NCBI GenBank assembly: GCA_963720245.1 | Contig: CAVREU010000004.1 | Location: 404,469 to 468,468, forward strand | Direction: 5' to 3' | Source: an uncultured Acidobacteriaceae bacterium | Lineage (GTDB): Bacteria; Acidobacteriota; Terriglobia; Terriglobales; Acidobacteriaceae | Length of the DNA: 64,000 nucleotides | Part shown: positions 30,514 to 40,366 of the stretch, one piece after another | Numbering within the stretch: position 1 is the stretch's first letter | Layout of the letters: each line of letters starts with the position of its first letter | Position numbers and translations under genes: made by a program | Notes under the pieces: generated by a model | The model's database searches: none | What the model was told of the DNA's origin: nothing | Seen by the model: the letters and a program-made list of their open reading frames with translations, nothing else

Positions 30514-30909
30514 GTGGCCGAAACAATGCGATTTGTCTCGTTGACGAGATCTCTTTGGCCGCTGATTGCGGCCGGCATGCTTCTCCCGCACCTCGCGCAT
30601 GCCCAGAACAACAACAAAACGCAGCAGGTCACTCTGGTCGATCCGACCCCTCGCCCAATCGATCCGAGCCTGCTTTTGGGTGACACCTCTCAACCTGGAA
30701 CCGCCACGCAGCAAGCCGCGGAACAGCGTAATCAGAAACGCCGCGAATTGACGATATGGGCGGCCAACGAACTCGTGACTCTCTCGCAACATTTGCAAGC
30801 CGACGTCACCCAGCCGAAGACCACCGTCACCACGGCGGACGCCGCCGCCAACGCCCAGAAGATCGAGCTACTGGCAAAGAACCTTGCCACTGCCCTCAAA
30901 GCGCCATGA
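30514..30909 (+). CDS. Small secreted helical hypothetical protein
   Basis: Signal peptide ending AHA-Q; C-terminal helices resemble those of the next gene. Confidence 0.75.
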   Translation: MAETMRFVSLTRSLWPLIAAGMLLPHLAHAQNNNKTQQVTLVDPTPRPIDPSLLLGDTSQPGTATQQAAEQRNQKRRELTIWAANELVTLSQHLQADVTQPKTTVTTADAAANAQKIELLAKNLATALKAP

Positions 30910-31286
30910 CGAATCCGTTCGAACGATCGCCGCGATCCAGGGAATGTCGTCCTCTCCGGGGTTTCTTCATAGGAGCCTGCCTCCTCGCGTGCATGACGGG
31001 CTCTCTTCTGGCCCAGCAGAGTTCGGATGGCGCTACCGCCGCCAAATCCCCGGCCCCGGCTGCGCCACCGGCACAAACCGAGACAAAAAAAGCGCCCGCC
31101 GTCACCGATCCCCGCCAGGCGCAGATCGTCGCCGACACCCAAAAGCTGGTGAAGTTAAGCCAGGAGCTCAAAGCCGAAGTCGCCAAAAGCAACAAAGACA
31201 CACTCTCGCTGACGGTCATCAAAAAAGCCGAAGAGGTCGAGAAGCTGGCGAAGACCCTCAAAGAGGAGCTGAATAAGACCCACTAG
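30906..31286 (+). CDS. Small secreted helical hypothetical protein, probable paralogue of the upstream gene
   Basis: ATGA overlap at 30906-30909; signal peptide; KLVKLSQELKAEV..AEEVEKLAKTL vs ELVTLSQHLQADV..AQKIELLAKNL. Confidence 0.78.
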   Translation: MTNPFERSPRSRECRPLRGFFIGACLLACMTGSLLAQQSSDGATAAKSPAPAAPPAQTETKKAPAVTDPRQAQIVADTQKLVKLSQELKAEVAKSNKDTLSLTVIKKAEEVEKLAKTLKEELNKTH

Positions 31287-31298
31287 CCGTGCCGGAGA

Positions 31299-32540
31299 TC
31301 AGGGCTGCGGCTTGGGGTGGTCTCCACCCATCTCCTGGGTAAGCGGCCTGCTGTTCTCTTTATTCATCGCGCTGGCGATGGCAAACTGTTCCCGGGCATC
31401 GTCCTTTTTGCCCATCGACTGATACAACTTACCCAAACGCCAATGCGGGGACACATCTTTGGGGTCGAGCGCGATGGCCTTGAGCAATTCATTGGTTGCA
31501 TCCTCTTTGCGCCCTCCCTCGGCATAGACGACGCCCAAATCGCGATGGACCATGGCCATGGTCGTGGTGGATGCATCTCCGGCGGCGGCCTCTAAATCCG
31601 GCTGAGCCTGCTCATATTGATTGAGCTCAACAAGCGAGTCTCCCAGGTAGGCGCGCGTCCGTTGGTCGGCGGGATCGTTTCCCAGCTCGGCCTCGAATTC
31701 TTTCGCGGCCTCGTCGAAATGCTGCTCCTTCCATAGCAGATACCCCAAGCCAAAGTGCACATTTGGCTCTTTCGGTTCGGCCTTCGCGGCGTTGCGAAAC
31801 TGCTCGATCGCCCCGGCGTCATCGCCCTTTTCGTCAAGCGCCTCGCCCACCAGCATGTCGGCCTCGGCCGAGTCCGCATTCAGCGCCAGAATCTCTTTAT
31901 CGACTTCCATCACGCAGTCGTATTGTTTGCTCCACAAGCAGCTATGGGCGAGCGTCAGCCGCAACGGCAGGCTTTGAGGATCGTCCTTGATTGCGCGCTG
32001 CAGGTACGGGATAGCGACGAAATAATCCCCCATCGCGTAATGCGCCATGCCGAGCAGGATCGTCACCCGCTGTGACGCGGGACTCTCAGGCCGCTCCTTG
32101 TTGAGTACCGCAGTGAAAACCTTGATGGCATCGGGAAACTGGTTGGCTTTGAAGTAGGCGAGACCCAGATTCATCTCCAGCCCCTGCATCGACGGCGCCA
32201 GCTTGAGCGCCTGGCGGTAGTTCTCAATCGCGCCGGCGTAATTTTGCTGCCGCGCCTCTAAGAGGCCCATATGTGCAAATGGCTCGGGATTTTTGGGATT
32301 GGCCTCGGCGATCGCCTTCCACACCTGCTCAGCCTGGGCATTCTGGCCCTGTTGCTCCAGCGCGAGCGCCTCGGTACGCGAACTCTCTTGTGCCAAGACG
32401 AAGGCGCTTCCGAGGGGGAAACAAAGAAGCAGCAAGATGCAACGCCAAAACCCGGAAAACAACTGATCTCTTCCTCTCGAGTGTCCTGCCCTGAGGCTAT
32501 GCCGCTTAACGGCAGGTTGGCAACGAGCGCGCACCCGCAA
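31299..32540 (-). CDS. Periplasmic TPR-repeat protein
   Basis: Many consecutive TPR motifs (MNLGLAYFK, ILLGMAHY, HFGLGYLLW, HWRLGKLY); true start probably downstream of 32540. Confidence 0.88.
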   Translation of the reverse strand: MRVRARCQPAVKRHSLRAGHSRGRDQLFSGFWRCILLLLCFPLGSAFVLAQESSRTEALALEQQGQNAQAEQVWKAIAEANPKNPEPFAHMGLLEARQQNYAGAIENYRQALKLAPSMQGLEMNLGLAYFKANQFPDAIKVFTAVLNKERPESPASQRVTILLGMAHYAMGDYFVAIPYLQRAIKDDPQSLPLRLTLAHSCLWSKQYDCVMEVDKEILALNADSAEADMLVGEALDEKGDDAGAIEQFRNAAKAEPKEPNVHFGLGYLLWKEQHFDEAAKEFEAELGNDPADQRTRAYLGDSLVELNQYEQAQPDLEAAAGDASTTTMAMVHRDLGVVYAEGGRKEDATNELLKAIALDPKDVSPHWRLGKLYQSMGKKDDAREQFAIASAMNKENSRPLTQEMGGDHPKPQP

Positions 32541-32542
32541 AC

Positions 32543-32576
32543 AGAAAAGCGCGGCGGAGAGTTCCGCCGCGCTTCT
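32543..32576 (-). terminator. Terminator-like hairpin downstream of the TonB receptor
   Basis: AAGCGCGGCGGA / TCCGCCGCGCTT stem with T-tract on the minus strand. Confidence 0.7.
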
Positions 32577-32591
32577 GGTTTTTGCGAAAGG

Positions 32592-35500
32592 TTAGAAGTT
32601 CAGCTCGCCTCCCAGCTCAAGCACGCGCGGATCGTAGGTGCTGGTGATCTTCCCAAAGTTTCCGCTGCCGAGCTGGTTGCCGATGCCCTGGTATTCCGCA
32701 TTGTTAAAGGTGTTGAAGGTCTCAATGCGAAGCTTGAAGTTAAGAGATTCCTTGATCGGGAATGTCTTGTAGAAGGAGGTGTTGAAGTTAGTCTGACCAG
32801 GTCCGAGCACCGCATCTTTGCGAGCGTTGCCAAAGCCCTGATTAAGACCGCCTGCCCACGCTGGGATCGGGTTAGCGAAAGCAGCAGGGTTGAACCACTC
32901 GTCTTGCTTCTTGGGATAGGAGATCTTGCCAACGATGTCCGGGCGGTTGGTATAGCCGCCACCCAGTCCGATCGGATCATAGTTGATGTTCAGGCCAGGA
33001 CCCTGGTTAGAGACCAGCAAGCCAGACTCGGAGACAAACGTTCCGGAAATCTGCCATCCATTTGCGACTTCCTGGATGAACCTGTTATCCCCTGGATATT
33101 TGGGGAAAGCGTAGATGTAGTTGATGCTCAGGATGTTGCGCCGGTCGAGTGCACCGGAGCCTTTGTCGTATTTCAGGTTGTAGGGATTGCTGACCTGAGC
33201 TAGATCGTAGGTGGTGATGTCGATCTCATGCGAATAGGTGTAGTCGATCTCGCCGCTCAGGCCGTGCTTGTTCTGGGCGCGCAATCCGGTTTGGAATCCG
33301 TTATAGGAGCCGTTGGTGGAGTTCGTTTGGTTGGTGATGCCGGCAAACCCCGGATAGTTACGGAGCAGGTTTGGCGCCGTTGGTGACGCACCTCCGGGAT
33401 TGGTGCCAGAGTTGTTGCTCGGGTCGCCGATATTAGCGCGGGTGTATCCTGCCAACCCGGGCGTGGTATTCACCAGCAGCGGAGTATTCAGCGAGTAGTT
33501 GTTGATGTTTTGTTCAATGTTCTGATGCCAGGCGAGGTTGCCTACATATTGCACGACCCAGATCAGCGAGGGTTGTACCTCACGCTGCACACCGAGGCTA
33601 TACTGCACCACGCCAGGCGCCGGGTAGTAAGGGTTAAGTGCCGTTAGTCCCTGAGGCAATATCGGGCTTCCGGCAGCTGCCCCCGTTGTCCAGCTCACTG
33701 CGGGAGTGCTGAACAGGGCGTTGGAAGCCTGCGGATCGTTAAAGAACGGCTCGTTGGTCGCTGCGTTGTAGATATCGTTCCCCTGCAATCTCTCGTAGAA
33801 GGAACCGATTCCACCCCGTAGAACGGTCTTGCCATCGCCAAAGAGATCGTCTGAGAATCCGACGCGTGGTTGGAGGGTCTGATAGTAGTTGGTGACCAGC
33901 CCCTTCGGGTAGCCGTTCTGGCCAGCCTGATACAGGCCATTCAGATAAAACGGTACCGGTGAGCCGGCAACTGGAACCAACCCCGGGCTGTCTGCGTTGA
34001 TTTGGCCGGTTGTCAGATTAAATGTTGCCGCATCGCTCGCTACATAGAGGGCCGGGTTGAAGTTTGAGATCTGGTTGTTACGTTCCCAGGCATGCGGCAA
34101 TGCGTCGTAGCGCAGGCCGATTTGCACGGCCAGACGGGGAGTCGCCTTCCAGTTATCCATGGCATATGCGGACGTCGTGTTGTTCACGTAATGCCGGATC
34201 GGCAGTTGCTGCGCTTGGTCGTAGTTGCTCGAAAGTCCAAGCACCATGTCCATGAAGGAATCATTGGTCAGCGAGCCCCAGCTGAAGTCTCCGCCTGGGT
34301 CGCCGAAGATCTGCTGGTTCTTGGTGTAATGATTCAGACCACCGCCGAACTTCAACTGATGCTTGCCCGTCGTGTAGGAGATGCTGAAGTTCGGAGAGTA
34401 GTCCTGCGCGGCGTTCTTCCACGGTGCCGAACCGGGTTTCTCTTGAGTGCCATACGGCGCGCCCCAGCTCATTCCGGGTAGGTTCTTGGAGCCGTTGCTG
34501 AAGAAGGGGGTAACGCCCCAGCCGGCCGGGGTGTCTCCGTTCGCGCTGTTGGTGATATCGATGATGTTGCCGTCGTAGTTGAAGGTCGCTTCCGCGAGCA
34601 GGTTGGGCTTCAGCGTCGCGGTCAACTTGACCACTGCGCTGTAAGACGGGTTGTTAAGCACACTCGTGATCGTCGGATAGCTGTTGCCCGACCAGCCCAG
34701 CATCGGAGCCGCATAGGCTTGGTTCACGGCATCGTGCAGGTAGTGGCCGAGCAGCTGATACTTGTCGTTGATCTTGTGATCGACGCGCAGTACATAGTCG
34801 GTCACATAAATCGGCTGGTTCGCGGAGGAGATGTTTTGCCCGTTCGCGAGATTCGGCTTGGGGATGACACCGGTGCCCAGATAGAGGGCTGCATTCGGGT
34901 TGATCAACGCCGCCGGGATAGTTTGGTTCGGAAATGGCTCTCCCTGGACAAGACCAAGGGTTGCGAATTCCTCAGCTAGGGTGGGGTTGTTGGGAACCGT
35001 CGGCACTTTAATGATCGTGTTCGGCGCGAATGCCGGCGCTACATAGTGAAGGTCCGAGCCGACGACCGGATAGTCCGCTGCAGCCAGCGTCTGCACCGAG
35101 TTGGGAGAACTGCCTTGAATGAGTCTGCGCTCTTCCAGATCGAAGAAGAAGAAGGTCTTCGATTTGTCGACATTGTAATGATTCGGGATCCAGATAGGGC
35201 CGCCAATATTGCCGCCGAAGATGTTGTAGTTCAGCTTGGTGCGGGGCTGTACCGGGTTGGCCTGCTTGTTGAAGTAGTTATTCGCGTCATACGCCGTGTT
35301 GCGGTTGAACTCCCATAGCTGACCATGGAAATTCTGGGTGCCGCTCTTGATGCCCAGCGTAATCGTCGCGCCGGAGGAGATACCGTAGTCCGGAGGATAG
35401 TTGCTGGCCAGGGTCTCAAACTGCGCGATTGCATCCTGCGAGGGCATGATGCTCATGCCGCCGGCGCCCCCACGGTCATCGGCCTCGCCGCCGTCAATCA

Positions 35501-36092
35501 GCCAGATGTTGTGGCTCTGGCGAAGACCGTTCACGCTGAGGGTAAAGTTTGAAGCGACCGAAGTAGGAGTGTTGTTCGAGGGCAGCGCGGAGCTGACGCC
35601 GAGTCCCAAAGCCGCGAGAGCGGCAAAATTCCGGTTCTCGGTAGCGAGGTCGGCGATCTGATCGGCATTGATCAGCGTACTCACCACGTTCGAGTCGGCC
35701 TGCACCTGGATAGCATTCGCTGCAACGGTGACCGTCTCGCTTACCGCACCAACGGTCAACTGCGCATCGGCGCTGAGCGTCTGTGAGACGTTCAGCTGCA
35801 GGCCCTGCGAAACGTAGCCCTCAAACCCTGTGGCAACGACCTTGATATTGTAGGTTCCCACGTTCAGGCCGGGGAAGCTGAAAAGGCCTGACTCGTTACT
35901 GACGGACTCTCTAACAAGGCCTGTGCTTGGCTGGGTGAGCGTGACTTTCGCTCCGGAGACAACCGCGCCCTGCTTGTCGGTCACGGTGCCGATGATCTCT
36001 GAGTTTTGTTGCGCGTGGGCGGCGACAGTCATCACTGCCAGCAATAGCGGCAGCAATAACAACCTGGAATAGAGCCGATTTCTCAATATCAT
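32592..36092 (-). CDS. Oar-like TonB-dependent receptor with carboxypeptidase-regulatory-like N-terminal domain
   Basis: GTVTDKQGAVVSGAKV N-domain, KSGTQNFHG.LWEFNRN, QPRVGF, FKLRIETFNTFN, C-terminal ELNF; GGAGG SD before ATG 36092. Confidence 0.93.
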   Translation of the reverse strand: MILRNRLYSRLLLLPLLLAVMTVAAHAQQNSEIIGTVTDKQGAVVSGAKVTLTQPSTGLVRESVSNESGLFSFPGLNVGTYNIKVVATGFEGYVSQGLQLNVSQTLSADAQLTVGAVSETVTVAANAIQVQADSNVVSTLINADQIADLATENRNFAALAALGLGVSSALPSNNTPTSVASNFTLSVNGLRQSHNIWLIDGGEADDRGGAGGMSIMPSQDAIAQFETLASNYPPDYGISSGATITLGIKSGTQNFHGQLWEFNRNTAYDANNYFNKQANPVQPRTKLNYNIFGGNIGGPIWIPNHYNVDKSKTFFFFDLEERRLIQGSSPNSVQTLAAADYPVVGSDLHYVAPAFAPNTIIKVPTVPNNPTLAEEFATLGLVQGEPFPNQTIPAALINPNAALYLGTGVIPKPNLANGQNISSANQPIYVTDYVLRVDHKINDKYQLLGHYLHDAVNQAYAAPMLGWSGNSYPTITSVLNNPSYSAVVKLTATLKPNLLAEATFNYDGNIIDITNSANGDTPAGWGVTPFFSNGSKNLPGMSWGAPYGTQEKPGSAPWKNAAQDYSPNFSISYTTGKHQLKFGGGLNHYTKNQQIFGDPGGDFSWGSLTNDSFMDMVLGLSSNYDQAQQLPIRHYVNNTTSAYAMDNWKATPRLAVQIGLRYDALPHAWERNNQISNFNPALYVASDAATFNLTTGQINADSPGLVPVAGSPVPFYLNGLYQAGQNGYPKGLVTNYYQTLQPRVGFSDDLFGDGKTVLRGGIGSFYERLQGNDIYNAATNEPFFNDPQASNALFSTPAVSWTTGAAAGSPILPQGLTALNPYYPAPGVVQYSLGVQREVQPSLIWVVQYVGNLAWHQNIEQNINNYSLNTPLLVNTTPGLAGYTRANIGDPSNNSGTNPGGASPTAPNLLRNYPGFAGITNQTNSTNGSYNGFQTGLRAQNKHGLSGEIDYTYSHEIDITTYDLAQVSNPYNLKYDKGSGALDRRNILSINYIYAFPKYPGDNRFIQEVANGWQISGTFVSESGLLVSNQGPGLNINYDPIGLGGGYTNRPDIVGKISYPKKQDEWFNPAAFANPIPAWAGGLNQGFGNARKDAVLGPGQTNFNTSFYKTFPIKESLNFKLRIETFNTFNNAEYQGIGNQLGSGNFGKITSTYDPRVLELGGELNF

Positions 36093-36640
36093 TGCGTTTC
36101 CTACCTCCCTGGAGTGTTGCAACAGCACAAATAGTTTCGAATCTTCTTGATAACGGAAGTTGCCGGCAAACGAGCCGATCCCATTTACGCATCATCGCGA
36201 ATGAGATTCCGACGCATGTTGGCCCGCATTTCATCGCTACTAAAACACTTTATCTAGTACGGTCACGAATCCTAACCAGATGCTCTAGCGAGTGTCAATG
36301 CAAATTTTGAGGATAAGTTACTCGTATGGAACCCAGTCCCCGTCCCCCAAGGGGAAGTAAGCGATAACGACGGCATGTTTCGACAGATTTGAGTCTTCCG
36401 GAAAGGGAACAAATCGCGGTTGCGGCATGAAATACCTAATAAGTCACGCGCAATTCATCGGCAGGCAAGGCTGCCGCCTGGAATATCGGCGCGAATCGCG
36501 GCAGTATTGGCTACTCTAGCTGCAGGCATGTCGCTCAATCCTCAAGGCCGGCCTGCACAGAGCGCTGCCGTCGAGTCATCGGCCCTGTGTCCGGGCCTGG
36601 CGACAGAGTAAGGCGTGCCCGATAGGAGAGGTTCCAGCAT

Positions 36641-37606
36641 TTGGAAGAGATGGCTGATCGGCGCCCGCGCAGGTTCCTCGCCATGTCGGTGATTGCGCTG
36701 GCGGCCTTCTCCTCGATGGCAGCGGGACAGGCCGCGGCGCCGGCCCCCATGGTCGCGGCACAACCCATGCCGTCGTTGCAGCCGCTCCTCGACTTCCGGA
36801 GCTCTGACATTAAGTTCAACCTGCAAAGCCTAATGTATGTGCTTCGCGACCGAAACCACGAAGACTGGGTGCTGGCCGCCTATCCCGACCCGAATACCGA
36901 ACTCCCGCTCATCGGCGCCGGCTTCAGTCTCAACGTCGCCGCGAGCGAGCACCCGCAGGGCGACCCGCTCAACCCCCACCAGTTCCTGGAGCCCTCTTCG
37001 GCGCAGTTATGGCAGGCCGCCGGCCTCGACCCGGAACAATTGCGGCAGATCCTCGAGGAGTTTGACCGCAATATGGATACGTGGGGAACCAAAGGCTATC
37101 ACCGCAAGATTCGCGCCCACACCTTGCGGCCTCAACTGACCGAACAGGAGGCGACCCAGCTGCTGCGGATCTCGGCAATCCAGGCGGTGGTCAACGCCCG
37201 GGCCTATTGCCGCAACTTCGACCAGCTCACCGGTCCCGCGCAGATGGCGCTCACCCAACTTGCCTTTCAGATGGGAATCAATCTGGAAGAGTTCGTCGAG
37301 TTCCTAAGTGAACTGAACGGCGACACCAGCCACCCCGACCTCTCCCAACCGGACGGCGGCATCGTCACCGCAGGCCAGCATTGGAAAAACGTGCAAAATG
37401 CGCTCATCGACAGCCAATGGGCGAGGCGCTACACGGTCCGCGCGATTGCCGTGATCGCAATGTTCGATCCGCAGTATGGAAGCAACCCGCGCGCCGCCGA
37501 AGCGCGAGTAATGGCCGTCCTCCCGCCGCCGGTGCAGCACAAGCATGGGCGCGGACGTTCAACAGCGCACCGCGCCCCACACGCGAAGACCCACGTCAAT
37601 CACTGA
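36641..37606 (+). CDS. Secreted T4/GH24-lysozyme-like protein
   Basis: HEDWVLAAYPDPNTELPLIGAGF resembles T4 lysozyme [28 protein letters not shown] and SQWARRYTVRAIAVIAMF resemble MVFQMG and SRWYNQTPNRAKRVITTF; signal peptide. Confidence 0.65.
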   Translation: MEEMADRRPRRFLAMSVIALAAFSSMAAGQAAAPAPMVAAQPMPSLQPLLDFRSSDIKFNLQSLMYVLRDRNHEDWVLAAYPDPNTELPLIGAGFSLNVAASEHPQGDPLNPHQFLEPSSAQLWQAAGLDPEQLRQILEEFDRNMDTWGTKGYHRKIRAHTLRPQLTEQEATQLLRISAIQAVVNARAYCRNFDQLTGPAQMALTQLAFQMGINLEEFVEFLSELNGDTSHPDLSQPDGGIVTAGQHWKNVQNALIDSQWARRYTVRAIAVIAMFDPQYGSNPRAAEARVMAVLPPPVQHKHGRGRSTAHRAPHAKTHVNH

Positions 37607-37633
37607 ATTACCATTACCCGCCGCGCAGGCCGG

Positions 37634-38527
37634 CTACCTGGCTCTCGCCACCTCGGCTTCGAGCGCCGACCACTCCTGGTCGCTGAGATGCACCCCAGCT
37701 GCGGCAGTGTTCTCCTCCAGATGCTTCACCGAAGAGGTGCCCGGAATCGGCAGCATTGCCGGAGAATGATGGAGCAGCCATGCCAGCGCCAACTGCGAGG
37801 CCGACACCCCACGTTGCGACGCGGCCTTGTCCAGAGGGCCGCCGGGATTGGCCAGCTTACCGGCTGCGACCGGGAACCAGGGGATGAACGCCAGCTTATG
37901 CTTCGCGCAAAAATCGACCGTGTCACCGTGCTTGCGATCGCCAATATTGAACTGATTTTGCACGCTGACGATTTCGATGGTCTTGCGCGCCCGTTCGATC
38001 TCCGCCGGCTTTACCTCTGACAGTCCGACGTGACGGATTTTCCCCTGTTTTTGAAGGTCCTTGATCGCTCCCAGAGATTCTTCAACCGGCACCTTGGGAT
38101 CGATGCGATGAAGCTGCCACAGGTCGATCCGCTCTACCTTGAGGCGGCGCAGCGACATCTCGACGCACTGCGCCAGATACTCCGGCCGCCCGACCGGCAA
38201 CCACTTGTTCGGGCCCTGCCTCGTGAGCCCACCCTTGGTGGCGATGACCAGGTCTTTCGGATAGGGGTGCAGCGCTTCCGCGATCAGTCGTTCGCTGACC
38301 TCGGGGCCGTAGGCGTCGGCGGTATCGATGAAATTGATTCCGAGGTCGATGGCGCGCTGTAGAACTCGGATCGATTCGTCGTGGTCCCTGGGTTCGCCCC
38401 AGATGCCCTCGCCGGTGATGCGCATCGCGCCAAAGCCCATGCGATTGACGGTGAGGTCGCCGCCGAGCGTCAAGCTTCCGCCCTGCGCAGCAATATTTTC
38501 AAGATTGATTGTCGTTGGAGTAGCCAT
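37634..38527 (-). CDS. Aldo/keto reductase
   Basis: GFGAM, IDTADAYG, IATKGG, DLWQLH, GKIRHVGLSE, PIPGTSS..HLEEN. Confidence 0.95.
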   Translation of the reverse strand: MATPTTINLENIAAQGGSLTLGGDLTVNRMGFGAMRITGEGIWGEPRDHDESIRVLQRAIDLGINFIDTADAYGPEVSERLIAEALHPYPKDLVIATKGGLTRQGPNKWLPVGRPEYLAQCVEMSLRRLKVERIDLWQLHRIDPKVPVEESLGAIKDLQKQGKIRHVGLSEVKPAEIERARKTIEIVSVQNQFNIGDRKHGDTVDFCAKHKLAFIPWFPVAAGKLANPGGPLDKAASQRGVSASQLALAWLLHHSPAMLPIPGTSSVKHLEENTAAAGVHLSDQEWSALEAEVARAR

Positions 38528-38597
38528 ACCCTTTTCGATGCGAGGGATGGCCCTGCAGTTACGCTATTTCAGTCCACAAAACGACCGCCGTGCGCGC

Positions 38598-39290
38598 TTA
38601 GGCGCGGACGGAGATGCCGGTGAACGACATCACGGCAAGCCCGCGCACCGGCTGGCCAAAGACTCGCGCCGGCTCAAAGACGCTAAAAAGCAACAGGTTC
38701 TCCAGCGCAGAACGCGTATTGGCATCGTTCGGTCCAGAGACGATGTGGTAGTCGTAAACCCGCCCTCCGCCGTTGATATAGGCCTCGACGATTACGGGAT
38801 TATCGCGACCGCCGATCGGAACCGCCTCAGGTTCGATCTGGGAGTAGAGAAAATGAGGATTGGAAGCCATCCCCAGCGGAACATCCCGCGCCGCCAACGG
38901 CTCTGGACGGGCAAACATCCCGATCAGCAGCGCCACCGTGCCCAGCAGCAGGACGGTGCTCGCAAAACCGGCCGAGGCCTGCAATAAGAATGGGCCGAAT
39001 GTATTCTGCCAACGCACTTTCAAAGCCGGCAAAAGATTCTCAGGCGTCCGGGCGCGCTCCTTGGAGATAGCCACGCGGAGCCGCAGGGCAAGATCGTCGG
39101 GCGCCTTCAGCGGGGCCAGCGACGCGAGCGCGGCCTGGGTCGAACGCAGACCCTCAAACTCCGTCGTGCAAGCCTCGCAATCGCGCAAATGCGCCGCGAT
39201 TCGCTGCATGGCCACACCGGTCACCGCGCCATCGAGATAGCTGGAGAACTGCGCCTTGATCCTCGTGCAGACAACCTCGCCGCCGTTCAT
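38598..39290 (-). CDS. Zinc-binding anti-sigma factor (zf-HC2) with TM helix and TonB-C-like periplasmic domain
   Basis: YLDG..HLRDCEAC ZAS motif; single TM; overlaps the sigma-factor stop codon (ATGA). Confidence 0.85.
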   Translation of the reverse strand: MNGGEVVCTRIKAQFSSYLDGAVTGVAMQRIAAHLRDCEACTTEFEGLRSTQAALASLAPLKAPDDLALRLRVAISKERARTPENLLPALKVRWQNTFGPFLLQASAGFASTVLLLGTVALLIGMFARPEPLAARDVPLGMASNPHFLYSQIEPEAVPIGGRDNPVIVEAYINGGGRVYDYHIVSGPNDANTRSALENLLLFSVFEPARVFGQPVRGLAVMSFTGISVRA

Positions 39291-40021
39291 CGCGCCTCCT
39301 CTACCGCAAGACCGTCGAAACCGAGCACTCCGCTCTCGGCCGCTCGACCTGCCGATGCCGCGACCCGCGCCGGGGGCTTCGATGCCGCCTCGGCGAAGGG
39401 CGTCAGCAGCGTCTTCAACTGCACCCGGCCCCGCAGCAGCCTGGATTTGACCGTTCCGAGGTTCACGTTCAGAATCTCGGCAATCTCCTCGTAGGTAAAT
39501 CCCTCAATGTCCCGCAGCACCACAACCGTGCGAAAGGGCTCTGAAACCAGCCGAAGCTGGGCTTCGACGTGTTGGCGAATCTGCTGTTGCGCAGCAGCGT
39601 CAAAGGGCGAAAGCTGACCGTCAACCAGAGTCTCTTTGTAGCTCAGCGGCTGGCCATCGCTCGATTGCTCCGACTCCGCCTCAATGGTCACCTCGCGGCG
39701 CTTATGGCGAGACCACCACCGGCGGCCGTTCAGCGCCTCATGCAGGGCGATGCGGTAGATCCAGGTGCGCAGGCTGGCGTCGCCATGAAATCCGCCTATG
39801 CCGCGAAAGATCTTGATGAATATCTCTTGGGTAAGATCAGCGGCGTCGGCGGGATCGGGGATCGTGCGCGCGACCAGGCTGTAGAGAGGCTGGTGATAGG
39901 TGGCGATGAGCCATGCGAAAGCCTCCTCAGAGCCGGCCTTCAGCTCCGAGACAATGGCGGCTTCCTCCGCTCTGACGACTGCAATTCCTGCCAGGTTTCC
40001 CAACGCGATTCCCGCTTGCAT
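39287..40021 (-). CDS. ECF RNA polymerase sigma factor (RpoE/SigW-like)
   Basis: DAADLTQEIF, LRTWIYRIA (region 2); VVVLRDIEGFTYEEIAEILNVNLGTVKSRLLRGR (region 4). Confidence 0.95.
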   Translation of the reverse strand: MQAGIALGNLAGIAVVRAEEAAIVSELKAGSEEAFAWLIATYHQPLYSLVARTIPDPADAADLTQEIFIKIFRGIGGFHGDASLRTWIYRIALHEALNGRRWWSRHKRREVTIEAESEQSSDGQPLSYKETLVDGQLSPFDAAAQQQIRQHVEAQLRLVSEPFRTVVVLRDIEGFTYEEIAEILNVNLGTVKSRLLRGRVQLKTLLTPFAEAASKPPARVAASAGRAAESGVLGFDGLAVEEAR

Positions 40022-40290
40022 GAAGAAACTCCCCTTACAGTAACAGGACAGCAAGGCGCCTGTCGCCGGCGCGGATCATCGATGGTTTCCAACTCACCAA
40101 AACTACGCCGCCGGCGGCCGAGTGTCTCGCTCACTCTATTTCCTTAGACACCGGAGACAAGCGATTTAGTTCCCCGAAAATTGGACACTCATTCATGCCT
40201 CTCTACCCCGGCGCCACAAATCCGGTTGGCCAGCCGCCGAAGTTTGACGAACCGCGCCGACTCAACGAGAATAAGAAGGTTGGTCATTGT

Positions 40291-40366
40291 GGGCCTGTGG
40301 CGCAGCTGGGAGCGCGCTTCCATGGCATGGAAGAGGTCATCGGTTCGATCCCGATCAGGTCCACCA
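40291..40366 (+). tRNA. tRNA-Ala (anticodon GGC)
   Basis: 76-nt cloverleaf: GGGCCTG/CAGGTCC acceptor with G3-U70, CTTCC-ATGGCAT-GGAAG anticodon arm, TTCGATC T-loop, encoded CCA. Confidence 0.97.

Noticed and set aside
36130-36640. Cobalamin or other riboswitch upstream of the TonB receptor
   Set aside because: No B12-box or other recognisable aptamer core found by eye; an Rfam scan would settle it
40340-40366. attL/attR direct repeat of the tRNA 3' end
   Set aside because: No second copy of the tRNA 3' sequence found in this window
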